Position numbers and translations under genes: made by a program. Shown here piece by piece: positions 25,978-39,365 of a DNA stretch of 64,000 bases. Source of the DNA: Raja brachyura (taxonomy: Eukaryota). Positions within the stretch are counted from its first letter, which is position 1. The number at the start of each line of letters is the position of its first letter. The stretch is taken from contig OY740806.1 in NCBI GenBank assembly GCA_963514005.1, positions 21,452,001 to 21,516,000 on the forward strand, given 5' to 3'. Under the pieces are notes generated by a model that ran no database searches, was not told the origin of the DNA, and saw nothing but the letters and a program-made list of their open reading frames with translations.

Positions 25978-26948
25978 GTCATTGACTGCCATCCTGGGAA
26001 GATCAGCCACTATCAATGCAATGGACTGAATGTCGAAAACTAGAAAAAGAAACAAATGTTTGGACTCTCTAGTATTGAATTCTGTGCCACTATTTATAAC
26101 CAACAACCTATGGACATGAATTTAAAAGGAATCAAATTCTCTTTTACAGCACATTTTACAAGTTCGTGAACATCAATTTTGAGTCCAAATTTTCTATTTG
26201 TACAGATTTTATTCCCTGTTGACAAGTTTGCAAATGAAGTGCAGGCTAACATGGTCTATTTGATTTCCTAGTAAACAGGTTTTAATCAATAATGTACAGA
26301 ATATTTTAATGATAATGCACCGCTTTATTATAATTCCCAATTCATGTTATTGACAATTGAAAGATAAACTTGGTTTTGCTCTGAAATGATAAAACCTGAC
26401 TTCATCACACTATTTGTTACACAAACCCATTTACATTTGCATAATTTAAAGGGAGATTATTTGTGGATTGTAATATTTCAAATATTACACAAACATTGAA
26501 ATGATACTGGTGTTTCCAATTCTTGATGAATAATGTGATGTTCATTTCTCTTCCAACTCGTTGCAATTTTGACCACTATTTTTCAGTGTCTAACACTACT
26601 TTTTTGTAACAAAGTGCTATGAACTGCACGCAAGTTGCAGAATAACTAGTTAATATTGTCTTATACAGTGTTTGGATAAGCTGGTATTCGTGTTATTTGA
26701 GGGAACATGTTTAAGATGCACACATAGAAATCACACTGCCAGGTGTGGCTTTTGCATGATTCGATTTATTCTGCGGGATGGTACATCTAATTGCCACATT
26801 TCACTAAATGGGGGCGAAGGGAGGGGAGGGGGGGAATAAATGTTTTCTGATATTCTGATGTGTACATAGAAAATGAAACATTCATGAGTTTAGTGATGAG
26901 ATTAAAACCGTACTATAATAAAAAACTCTATAAATGGAGAAAAATAAA
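25978..26948 (+). other. SCN3B: Candidate non-coding terminal exon (3'UTR) of SCN3B
   Basis: Pyrimidine-rich acceptor tgtttcttctcaAG (25976-77), repeat-free downstream sequence, and a cluster of AATAAA at 26835, 26917 and 26943. Inference only. Confidence 0.3.
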
Positions 26949-29900
26949 GAGCATCAAACCTCTGTCCTAATTGGGGTAGTTCAGCTCTTTCAACATGCTG
27001 GATGTAGTACTTTTTTTAAACAGTGCAGTTAATGTTAATTGCATCATACCAAGATCTTCTACTGATCAACTCAGTAAGTACTTCAAGGATATTAACCTCT
27101 TAATGCACCTTTAATAAAAACAGAAAAACATTTTAATATTCAGCAGGCCAGATAGCATCTGGTCTGAAACTCATTCCTTTCTTTTCTAATTGCAGTAATT
27201 GAATCTTCTTACTGCTCATAGAACCACGATCAGAAAGTATTAAACCCATTCCTGTTTTTTCCTTTGCTACCATATCAACGTGCTTGGATATTCTGTCTCC
27301 CAAGTTGAATGCAGTATACAGAGCAAGAACAGACCTGCGAAAGGTTTGTATAATTATCCAAACACAGCCTATTATATAAAATATTTGCAGTGAAAAAAAT
27401 GGTTAGTCTGGAATTGGATACTTAGAAGAGTAGATATAGAGAATCATACATCCTTGAAATATTCTAACCAACTCGTTCACACTGACCAAGATGTCCATCT
27501 ATGTTAGGCCCACTTAGACGCATTTGAACCATATTCCTCTAAACCAGTCCTATCCCTTAAATGTTGTTATTGTACCTGCATCAACCATTTCCTCTAGCAC
27601 CCCTTTCATTAGTGTCACCTTGTGACGAGTGACATAGTTGCCCTTGGGGTTCCCATTAAATCTTTCCGCTCTCATCTTAAATCTACGGCCTCTAGTTCTT
27701 CATTCCCAAACTCAGAGGAAAAGACTGTGTGCATTCATACTATGTCCCTCGTGATTTTATACACCTCTGTAAGATCACCCCATATATTAAAATCAAATTC
27801 AGAAAAAAAGAAAAAGAAAAACCTCAGCATTTCAGTCAACATTTGTACAAGAACAACATAATTAATATGACATTAGATCTCTCTGGAGTCAACACAGGAT
27901 GTGTTATTCTAATATATGATCGAATAGTTATGTTTCACTTCTACATAGAAAACCATTTAAAGCTTTTTCTTTAATCTGATGGAATTTTCCTTACTCCCTA
28001 AATAAACGCTCAGTAATGAATTGTTATCAAACATTAAGAGCATGTGAATTATTTAAGGGAACTGAGAATTTTTATTTTAACAGCAGGCAAACTTTATCTT
28101 TAATCTGTTCCGGTCTTCTTTAGATCTATTAAAGCCTGACTGACACACCCTTTCTACATTCTACAAGCAGTAGTTGGTTACAACGGTTCAAAAATCTCTG
28201 ACCAAACGTGAATCTTTCCCCTTTTGTAATATTCAACAATGAGTTAACAAACTGACATTTCTATACTCAAAATTACTGAATAATTGCAATACTTTTGGCA
28301 AAATATACTATTTATAACATTTTTTTACATAATTATTCTTTGTGTGTGGATGCAAATCATTTTCTAATTCAGAATTAGAAAATGGTGATATAGTAAAATC
28401 TCAAAACCATTTTTGAGTTCAGTTCATATTCTGGCTTTATCACAAAGTCCTTTATGTAGAACTTGTCATTAATAAAACTTCTTCCTTCCAAATTAATGGA
28501 CTCGTCAGTAATTGATGCAAATTGTTATCAGAAATAGGAAATTACCATGTTTTTTTTTGTAAAATTCAGATTAAGCAGCATCATAGGATGATTTGATTGA
28601 AATCTGCTTACTGAATAATGTTATGGGGAATAATTAGATGTCTATATACAGATGCAAACACAATTAAAGTTAAAAAATTGTAATTTAATGGGTTTTCTGC
28701 AATATTTGTTAGTTTACTTGTTAAATTCCAGGTGGTAATAACTTCTCTGCCTCCAAAATGGAGACTGGCTGTATCATTATTTTGTTGTGATCTTCAATAT
28801 TTTGTTTTACAGCGTAATCACTTAAACACTTGGGCAACACTTGGGTTTAAGCCCTGCCTTGCCAGTTTAAAAACAAAAATGAGTATATGAAAAAAAGATC
28901 TGGAAATATGGAATAGTCACGACGTCATATTGTTATTTTCTGTTTCTCTCTTTTCCCAGTGATAATCTTCATGTTCTTCAACTATTTTCATGGCATTATT
29001 TCTAACTTACTTTTGTAGGTCAATTACAGCTATTTGAAAAATTAATTCGAATTAGACTAAAATAGGCCCCTCTTGATACAAATTATTCAATTAATTGCAA
29101 TGAAACCCAAATAATAAATTAAAAATGTTAGGAAGTGCTAATTGGAAACTTGGTATTATTAAGGTAATATATGTATGAAATAGGAAAAGGAATATATCAG
29201 CACTAAGTATTATTATCAAGCAGTCTGAGGTCCCAAACTTGCAATGTCTACCACATAAAAGGCCATGGCAACAAGCCTTTGGAAACAGCACCATTAACAT
29301 TAAGTTCTTATTTAAGCCACAGACCATTTTGACTTCGACACATTTTGCCTTTCTTAAATTGTTACTGGATCAAAATGTAAGAACTAACTGACATCTCTCT
29401 CAGAGTATTTTCACAGCACTGTAATGGATTAAGAAGGCAACTCAAACTCTTGAGATACCCATATTCCTTAATGAATTAAGATGAAGATATCAGTTGAATG
29501 TTAACACAAAAAAGGATCATTCTACCTTTTCCCAAAATATCCCCTTAACCCAACCTCGGAGTATATTTGTGGGATTATAGGATAATGTTTATTTCCTTGT
29601 TTCCCAACTTCACATAACTATGCTATTGTGAAGTGTGCTTGGGGCATACATAAATCTGTCCAGATAGAAAAGCATGGCAAAGATCAACGAATCAAACACA
29701 ATTTCTTGAACACACCTCTGTGTACCTAATTGAATGTTAAATGAAGATCCAAAGATGATTTACATGTTTAATGTCAGAAAAACATTGGCATATAGTATAG
29801 GTGGGAAAGAAATAAATTATTCAAATACATTTTAAACATGTGTAGCTCATGACTGTAAAAAGATTTGATAATGACCATCTTTTTTCATTGTTAGTAGCAC

Positions 29901-31195
29901 ACTGAGGGCTTCCAGCTGTAATTTATTTATTCAGATCCTGCCCCTCATAGTTGCGGAATAAAATAAAGCTCATTAAATTCAACCAAAAAATTATATATGA
30001 TTTTACAAAAGACAAGTAAAAATGATGGGAGTCTGAAATAGAGTGGATAGGAAGCATTGGTTTCCCCTAGTAAGGAAGTGAATAACTAGGGGTTACATAT
30101 TTAAGGATAAGTGGGGAGTTAAGAACATCCCATCATCACATGTTTAATGCATCAAGGAAGCAGCTCATCTTCATGAAATATGTACTTCCCTTAAATTAAT
30201 TAAGATGAAGATATTATGGAGTCCAAAACTCACTGCCTAAAAGGACGGCAGTGATTGAAATATTCAAAAAGCTGGGTCAGTACTTGATATGTTGTGTTAT
30301 GAAGCAAGAACTAGGAAGCAGGATTCGTTTGCACAGGATGTGCAAAATGCAGTCAATTTCTGTGATAAATTCAGAGGAGGAAAATTAAAAAAAACTGTAC
30401 CTTCATTGCTCTGGCCACAGATTTCTTCTCCGGGTAATGATACAGAGTTTCTTTTATGCCAGTTGATTCCACCTTGTAACTCAATGACTGTCTTGGTTCT
30501 GGAAAGGGAATTGCAAAAGTCAAACAGTGGGAATTGTAAAAAAGCCACAAGTAACAAAATATTTCAGAATTGATTTATGATACAATAAATCTTTATTCAT
30601 CCCCAGAAAGAAATTACCATTAAGCCCAACAAAATAAAAACATAATCTTTTGAACATTGTAGTCAACCTTTGAAAGGTTTTTATGCCTATTTCTGCAGGT
30701 TTTAACTTACCCTGTCCCAGAGAATGCATCAATATAAGACCTATAACATTCTTCTAACAGCTATTAATTCAAATCAACCTAATTTTGTATTCAGTTCTTT
30801 ATGTGAATTGTCTAGTGATAACTTACCATTGTCTGCACATTACTCAATCACCATGGCAACTGTCAAATGCCATTTGACTGCTGATAAAATAAATGAAGCA
30901 CTTAAATTCAGGAAAACCATATAGATCTTTGTTTAGTTGAGCATGCTTGTCTTTTAGAGCTGCATTTTTGATTTGTTAAGTGCAGATATTGATGACCCCA
31001 GTGGGAAATACAGCTTTATAGAGCTGGACAGCTTTATAGAGCTGAGTAGTGTCCCAGGATCAGGTTTCTTTGGCTACTCAAACAAATACATAACATTTAT
31101 TGGAGTGTACCTTCTAAAATTATCATTCATCACCAGCATCTTCAGTTTCCTTCTCTGGAGTCCACTCCAGTTTTTAAATGCGATATTTCTTGATT

Positions 31196-31316
31196 AGAAA
31201 GTTATGGGGAGAAGACAGGAGAATGGGGTTGAGAGGCAGAAATAGATCAGCCATGATTGAATGGCGGAGTAGACTCGATGGGCTGAATGGCCTAATTCTG
31301 TTCCTCATTCTTATGG
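31196..31316 (+). mobile_element. CR1 3' tail
   Basis: gatcagccatgattgaatggcggagtagactcgatgggctgaatggcctaattctg. Confidence 0.75.
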
Positions 31317-31602
31317 TGTTTGGCAAACTGCATTTCTGGGAGAAATTAAACCATTACCAGCTGTGACTATTAATCTTCGTGTGTATTATTAAAGGGATAA
31401 ATCATGGATCATTTAAAGTATTATGAGCTTGCTGTTTAAATGGCAAGCACTTTGAAGGATGTGTTGAGATTTTTCCAACACTGACACATTGAGGTGAAAT
31501 GTCTGTTTGCACTATATTGATATAAGATCTCAGGTGTACAATAAAAGCCCACGGAGTTAAGTATAATTATTCATTCCATCAGTTGTCACAATCAGGTATA
31601 CA

Positions 31603-32553
31603 GGGCGGCACAGTGATGCAGCTGGTAAAGCTGCAATTGTACAGTGCCAGAGACCTGGGTTCAATCCTGACTGTGGGTGCTGTCTATATGGAGTGTACAC
31701 ATTCTCCATGTGACCATGTGGGTTGCCTCCAGGTGCTCTGCTTTCTTCCTGCACCCTAAAGACCTGTATGTTTGTAAGTTAATTGGCCTCTATAAATTGC
31801 TCTTAGTGTGTAGGGAGTGGATGTGAATGTGGAATAATATCAAACTAATGTCAAGTCAAGTCACATTTATTTATATAGCACATATAAAAAACAACTCTCG
31901 TTGACCAAAGTGCTTTACATTTGTTATAAGAGTAGTATACACAAGCAGGCCACATACATATATACAAATAGCCCTCACTCAGAGGACGTCAGGAAAGGCT
32001 TGGGAGAACAGATACGTTTTTAGACTAGACTTAAAGGAGTCGATGGAGGGGGCAGTTCTAATGGGGAGGGGGATGCTGTTCCACAGTCTAGGAGCTGCGA
32101 CCGCAAAGGTGCGGTCGCCCCTGAGCTTATGCCTAGACTGCGGGACATTCAGCAACCCCAAGTCAGCCGATCTGAGGGACCTGGAGGTGGTGTAGTGGGT
32201 GAGAAGACTTTTAATGTAGGTGGGTGTGAGCCCATTGAGGGCTTGTAGACAAAGAGGAGGGTCTTGAAATTTATTCGAAACCGCACAGGGAGCCAGTGGA
32301 GAGAGGCCAGGATCGGGGTGATATGGTCCCTTTTTCGGGTGCCCGTCAGGAGTCTCGCTGCGGCGTCAGTTGCAGGCAGGACAGGGAAGATTGGCTGATG
32401 CCAGTGTAAAGGGAGTTGCAGTAATCTAGGCGGGAGGAGATAAATGTATGGATGATCTTTTCTAGGTCATCAAACTGGAATCGATGGTCGATGGTCAGCG
32501 TGGACTTGGTGGGCTGAATAACCTCTTTCCATGCTGTTTCTTTCAATCAATCA
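31603..32553 (+). mobile_element. V-SINE split by an L2 insertion (SINE parts ~31603-31849 and ~32482-32553)
   Basis: SINE 5' part precedes the L2 fragment and its tail (gatggtcagcgtggacttggtgggctgaa...tcaatcaatcaa) follows it. Confidence 0.75.
31850..32481 (-). mobile_element. L2-clade LINE, 5'-truncated 3' fragment
   Basis: LEKIIHTFISSRLDYCNSL...HITPILASLHWLPV...GDRTFAVAAPRLWNSIP...FKSSLKTYLF, with frameshifts. 3'UTR ends in a (GACTT)n tail. Confidence 0.88.
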
Positions 32554-33218
32554 ATACCAGCCTATGAATTTTTATTTCTGGATTCTACCAAGTAAGATTT
32601 ATCTCCAAACTATCATTTGAGCCAGTTAGATATTTCAGTGCACCATCTATCCATAGTGCAAAATTACATTGCAACACAATGCTGCATTTTGATTAATGAA
32701 ATCCTAGATAATTACCTTTTACAACTTAAGATTTGCACTTTACTGTGAGGAGAACTTCAGTTACTGCCATAACATTCTTAAAATAACAATGATCAACTGG
32801 CCAAATCACTTGAATCCAGTAAAATAACACAAACTAAACATGTTTTGTCTTTGCACTAATCCTTTGATGTAGCATGTCATTCCTGTGTATATTCAATTGG
32901 ACTGTCGGAATGTATGCTTCTTTGAGATAAACCAGCCCTCAAATGTTACAAATAAAACAATTTTCGAGCACATGGGTCATGTTAAAGTAAAACACGCTTC
33001 AGATAGGGTGGACAAAGAGGATCAGCCCTCTGCTAAAAAAAATTACATTTCCTGATGAATTCAGAATTGCAATTATAAGTCAATCTGTATCACTGTTTGT
33101 CATTTACTCATCGGAGTTTGAAGTGATGGTCCGTTTGAGCCCAACAATGCAAAAAAGTTCAAAAGGTGTCCCACTCCCACAACCCACACCAACTAACAAA
33201 TAAGATATTGATCTACTT

Positions 33219-33918
33219 AGTCAAGTCAAGTCACTTTATTGTCATGTGTCCCAGATAGGACAATGAAATTCTTGCTTGCTGCAGCACAACAGGATATTAT
33301 AGGCATTAAAACAGATCAGATCAGTGTGTCAATTTCCCATAAAATATATATATACACATATAAATAAACAGATAAAAGTGCAATAGGCTGTTATAGTTCA
33401 GAGTTTGTTTGAAGTTGTGTTTAATAGTCTGATGGCTGTGGGGTAGAAGCTGTTCCTGAACCTGGATGTTGCAGATTTCAGGCTCCTGTACCTTCTACCT
33501 GATGGCAACGGGGAGATGAGTATGTGGCCAGGATGATGTGGGTCCTTGATGATGCTGGCAGCCATTTTGAGGCAGCAACTGCGATAGATCCCCTCGATGG
33601 TAGGGAGGTCAGAGCCAATGATGGACTGGGCAGCGTTTACAACTTTTTGCAGCCTTTTCCGCTCCTGGACGCTCAGGTTGCCGTACCAAGCCACGATGCA
33701 ACCGGTCCGCATGCTCTCTACTGTGCACCTGTAGAAGTTTGAGAGAGTGCTCCTTGACATAACAACTCTCCGTAATCTTCTCGGTAAGTAGAGGCGCTGT
33801 TGTGCTTTCTTTATGATTGCATCAGTGTTCTGGGACCAGGAGAGATCTTCGGAAATATGCACACCCAGGAATTTGAAGTTCTTGACCCGTTCCACCATCA
33901 ACCCGTTGATATAAATTT
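33219..33918 (-). mobile_element. Rex1/Babar-clade LINE 3' fragment
   Basis: VERVKNFKFLGVHISEDLSWSQNTDAIIKKAQQRLY...PLPSGRRYRSLK..TSRFRNSFYPTAIRLLN. AATAAA followed by a (GACTT)n tail. Confidence 0.88.
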
Positions 33919-34450
33919 TGGTCCCCATGTGAACCAAAATTTTAATTTTGCATGTTTCACTTAAAAATAACACGTTCCCTTGCTAATTGGTATACAAGCA
34001 TTAACTCATAATCTGTGAAAGGATAAATTGGATAATCAGTTAAGGATGTTCCATTTTTACATTACACTTAAATATGTAAAACATATAATTTAGTATTTTC
34101 AATGATGTTTCATGAAGAATCTATGGAGTTCCATGGTCTTAGGCTATGATCAGATCAGGCATAACATTGAATAGTGGAACAGTTTGAGAGTGGGTAGTTT
34201 AATCCTCCAATTACTTGTACTTATATGTTTTTCTTGTTAAATATCATTCATTGATTTTGATTTAGACAATATAAATAAAAAAACATTTTTTCCATGTGAG
34301 AAAGTGATCTGGGCCAATATTTTATTGATAATGTGACTGGAGTTTGCAAAAAAGCACCATATATCACCAGGAGCTTTTATCCTTTCACAGATTAGGAGTT
34401 CATTTGGGACTTTCAAAGCTAATGCATGAGCTAAAAGGCTCATACACGTT

Positions 34451-34760
34451 GCAGCACGGTGGCGCAGCGGTAGTGTTGCTGTCTTACAGCGCTTGCAGCA
34501 CCAGAGACCCGGGTCTCGACTACGGGTGCTATCGGTACGGAGTTTGTACATTCTCCCTGTGACCGTGTGGGTTTTCTCCGAGATCTTCAGTTTCCTCCCA
34601 CACTCCAAAGACGTACAGATTTGTAGGTTAATTGGCTTAGTATAAGTGCAAATTGCCCCTAATGTGTGTAGGATAGTGTTAATGTGCTGGGATCGCTGGT
34701 TGGTGCAGACTTGGTGGGCTGAAGGGCCTGTTTCTGAGCTGTATCTCTAAACTAAACTAA
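34451..34760 (+). mobile_element. V-SINE (HE1-like)
   Basis: A box, core and (ctaaa)n tail as in 3648-3951. Confidence 0.85.
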
Positions 34761-37700
34761 GATAAGTGATCAAATATTTCCAAGAGAACTATAACATAAC
34801 ATTCAAATAATCCCAAAACATGCATAACAATGTTTTTTACTTTGAATGCTCAGAATATAATCTATTTGACTTAATTTTCATATTTCTTTGAAAACCCTGC
34901 TGGATACAATCATTGAAGATTGCATCAAAGACAGCAAATTTACGCTGTATTACATGTTTATCATTTAATGTTCCATTTTCTCCATATGGTTTATGTAAAA
35001 GCAATTTTATCTACCGTGGCTGTAGTCCAAAGGTGGCTGAAGTCCCTGTTCTTGGTTATTTTCCTAGTTAGTAAAGTGGTGAGATGAAGAAGCTGCAGAG
35101 AAAATTCCTGGTAACAAGTTTTCACCCAGATCCTATTTGAAATGAAAGTAAATTTAGGAAGGCATTATATCACTTTGTTTGTATTACGATTCATAAACAT
35201 GGAGCTTGAGCAATATACAAATAATATCATCTGGCAATCATCTCCAGGTATCTACGTGCACATGTAGGACTAGATGTTGCAGACAATGGTGTTGAAATCA
35301 TGCTCACCACTGATTGTGTTAACTATACTTCTCCCAATATTTGAGAGTCAAATTCGAAACATTAGCGTTAACCAGTATAAATGGCGCACAGCCACCATTG
35401 TGGAAATCGTACTGAAGAATTCTAAAATAAAACCAGCCAGTTTAACAAAAAAACAAATGTAACCAAAGTGCACACATCTTGCAGATCAAAAAATTAAAAG
35501 ATTGACACATATCCAGGATTAAAGTGGAATTTGAAATATCAGAATTTAAAATGTTAGTTTAAAACGCATATCCTCTAAATATTTGAGGGAATTATAAATC
35601 ATGCATATAACATTGATTATCTGAGTGACAGCAGAAAAACAAGGTAGTATGCTAACAAAACATTTATAAAGCATGCAGCAATGCACAATATCTTCAATCT
35701 TATTCTTCAATCCTTAAATCTCCAATTCTTGCAGATCAGACTTGGGAAGGCTGTAAAACAGCCCATCCTTTCGAGGGGAATGCAATCACAGACGACCAAT
35801 TCTGAACTTCCACATTTCATTGTGGATGCCTGCTATCCAAAAAATACTGTCAGTTGCACAGTGAATGCTGACAATTTTGCTGTCAATACGTCTGTAATAT
35901 CCAAGCCACATATGGCTGACTGAGATCACTTTATTCTGGTTTTAAGCATTATCTACTTCTATCTGGTTTAATAACCAAATGCACATTCAATTTAAGTGTT
36001 AGTCATGCACATTCATGCATAATTAAAACAAATATGCAAATATGCTGCTGATTTTGTACTATAGATTTCTAAATTAACTATTAACACCCAGTGGATTTTT
36101 CTTATATGTTACATTTAATTGTCAATGGCTCACTGATACATGAGTAAGGATTTTCAGTCATAATTGTCAGTGGTTGTGATAAATACAATGAGTTTAATCA
36201 ACTGAGTGAGGGTAGAAAAGTGCAGTCTGCCACTATGTGTCCTAACTTAATCTGTGTTTTGTTACGTTGTAGAAATTCTTTTTAAAAAGCTGCTGTATTA
36301 CGAAAATAATCTAGAACTGTAAATCTGGTCAATTTTGACAAATTATTCATTTTAATTGTGAACTCATTATGTTTTGGGAATTATAAATTATTTGCAGTCA
36401 TAGTAATGTGAGGGAATTACTCCGAGAAGCAATTGATTAAATCCAATATTTACCAGTGCATTATTCAGGCTAAAATGATGAAGTGCAACATACAATATCT
36501 CAGTAATTGCCTCTGATTGTCACATTTTTGATTATTGAAATATCTGAGTTTAATAATATTGATCTCTTTATCTCTGGGTGTATTGTACTAATGTCCTGAA
36601 ACATTGATTGTACTATGTATCTTTTCGCTAAAGCATAAGATACCTGACCCTCGTAATGAGGTGGAGTTTATGTTTTAAAATACAGATCTCTTGCATCTTT
36701 TTAATTGGCTTGATTTAATCCTATGTTAATTGACATTTTTTTTCCCAAAAACAATTAACAGTTTTCAAGCACATTTTGTTCTCAAAAACTTTTGAAATTA
36801 TCATCCCACTCACCCATCACACACAGGCAAACATAAAAGGATTGGATGGATGCAGAACTCTGAAATAGTTATGAATACTGCCAAATGAATCAAACTAAAT
36901 AAACAATACACAAATTTAATACTGGATATGGACTACAATCTATCTTTGAATTTTTAACTGGTAGTTAATAGTCCAAGTGTGACTGTTCTAAATAAATACT
37001 AAATGTCTGTGGACTGATTAAAGTCTTCCTATTTCACTGGTCGCCCATATGGCAGGGAAGATTGTATTTAATTACAAGAACAATGGATTAACTCACACAA
37101 GCACCAATAATTAGAGAACATTTCTCTAATTATCTGTTCCCTAGTTAACAATACAGTGCTATTGTGGGTTGCAACAGAAAGTATCAGTTGGAACAAATTT
37201 CTTCTCACAAATGATTTTTTAAATTAAAGTTTTAGCGGGTGTTGTGTATAGAATAATCCTTACTGTTTTTGCTATACTCAGTCTAATAACCATTGATGCC
37301 AGAATAAGTAGATCAGTCACAGACTGGAAAGTGGTGCCTCTAGTCATCAGCTCAGAGAAAATGTGGATGAACACATGATTATAAGTCAGGCATATCTAAT
37401 TCATATCTAATTCAGCATTATTTGACTGCTGAGATGGCTGAATGTTTTGTTCAGTAAAACAACATATTTTTAAGACAAAGATATTTGACAAATGCAAATA
37501 TTGATGTAAACATTGGATTACAAATCTGATAATATGATACAACATTTATAATTACATTGAAACATATATGCTTATATCGTTCTCAGAAAGCATTGTTTGT
37601 TTCTTTGTACTTTTGCACCAATCAATGATCATTATTCTGGCACAATGCTGTTTTCCTGATTCTCATCATGGTTGCAGTTGATATGATTCATGAGATGTAT

Positions 37701-38153
37701 TATAATGCTCATATTTATATTGTTTCTTTTCATAAAATAAATCTCTTTGTGGCTTTAAACTATGACTGTTCATTAGAATCTGTGCTGTTTTCAACGTTTC
37801 AGGGATTTAATGTAAAGTGATGTTGGATTAAAAAGTTAGTAACAGATAATAGTTGATGCAAATACAGGATTGGAGGCAGTGAGGTCCCATATGCTTTTTG
37901 CTTATTTTTACATAACTTGGATTTAAATGTTGGGACCATGATAAAGACTAGCTGAAATAAATTCTAAGTTGCAGGAAAACGTAATTGAATTAGTGAGAAG
38001 GGGAAAAAGAGGAGCAAAGTAATACATTTGGGAAGGTCAAACTACTCAAGAGTATTGTCAATAAATAGTAGGATTATACTAACGGAGGGATCTTGGAATC
38101 TATGACCACAGATGACTGACGGTAGCAGGAAAGAAGAGCAGCAAAGGAAGTTA

Positions 38154-38651
38154 AGGGCCTGTCCTACTTGGACAAGCTAATCCATGAGTTTAGAAGACCC
38201 TAGATGAGTTGGAAAAAATGGCAAGGTCTGGTCGCCAAAGTAAAAGACCTCCTGCGACCCCCCTCGACCTCAGTCTTCCACACCTAAGACCAACTACGAC
38301 TAGCTACAAGTGGGAAATTACCACATGATAAAATTATGTCATGCTTGCATTTTATTTTCTCGGGCCAGTTACCGACCTACGACTACCTACGTCTACCATC
38401 ACGACCTAGTGCGACCTCAAATTATCTATTTTTTCCATGCCAACCTTTTTTTTTACTCGTGGACATCTTTAATCAGGCTGGAAAAAAACGGCGCGAGCTA
38501 CTTGAAGCCACAAGTACGCGAAGACCACTCACGAGCATGAGGAAGATTTACAAAGACCTCCTACGACCTCGTGGCGACCATGCTGCGAGTATGAGTCAAG
38601 GGCAAACTCGGCAGAGGTCGCCAATTAGGTTGTGAAAGTGGGACAGGGGCT
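38154..38651. mobile_element. Harbinger-type MITE
   Basis: TTA TSD. TIR agggcctgtcctact...agtgggacaggggct. Internal cgacc-rich short repeats. Confidence 0.8.
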
Positions 38652-38869
38652 TTATGAAAGAATAAGTTGTACTCTGCTTTTTTAGCCAAGTACAAAATGT
38701 TCAGGTAGGAAGATGATGTTATAACTGTGGGAAATAGGCCAGAGCAGCTGTACTGAATCTTACGCTGTCTCAAATTACCTTATAGAAATGAGGACAAGAG
38801 TGCATCTCAACATCAGAGTAGCTTCTATTTTTTTAGTTTTGAGGAAGACCTTTTAAGTTTGAAGGAAGT

Positions 38870-39178
38870 GGGCAGCACAGTGTCACAGCGGATGTTTTAC
38901 TGCACCAGAGACTTGGCTTCAATCCTGACCTTGGGTGCTGCCAGTGTGGAGTTTGCACATTCTCCCTCTGACTGCATGGGTTTCCTCAGGGTGCTCCGGT
39001 TTCCTCCCACATCCCAAGGACAGGATAATTGGCCTCTGCAAATTTGCCCTAATTTGTAGGGAGTGGATGAGAAAGTGGGATAATATAGAACCAGTGTAAA
39101 GGAGTGATCGATGGTCAACGTGAACAAAGTGAATAAAGGGCTGTTTCCGTGCTGCATCTTTAAGTAAACTAAACTAAA
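38870..39178 (+). mobile_element. V-SINE (older subfamily)
   Basis: Core gggtgctgccagtgtggagtttgcacattctccc and (ctaaa)n tail. Confidence 0.8.
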
Positions 39179-39182
39179 TTTA

Positions 39183-39365
39183 CAGAGACACAAAGAACTG
39201 CAGATGCTGGAATCTTGGGCAAACCAGAAAATGCTGGAGTAACTCAGCGGGTCAGGCAGCATTTGTGGATGATGTGGTTAGGTGATGTTTTCGGCAGAAA
39301 TGTCACCTATCCATGTCTTCCGGAGAGGCTTGCAGACCCGTTGAGTTACTCCAGCACTTTGTGTT
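39183..39365. mobile_element. Foldback of two Penelope ends
   Basis: tgctggagtaactcagcgggtc ... gacccgttgagttactccagca in inverted orientation. Confidence 0.75.

Noticed and set aside
30289-30573. 94-aa ORF
   Set aside because: No recognisable domain or splice support; chance-length ORF.
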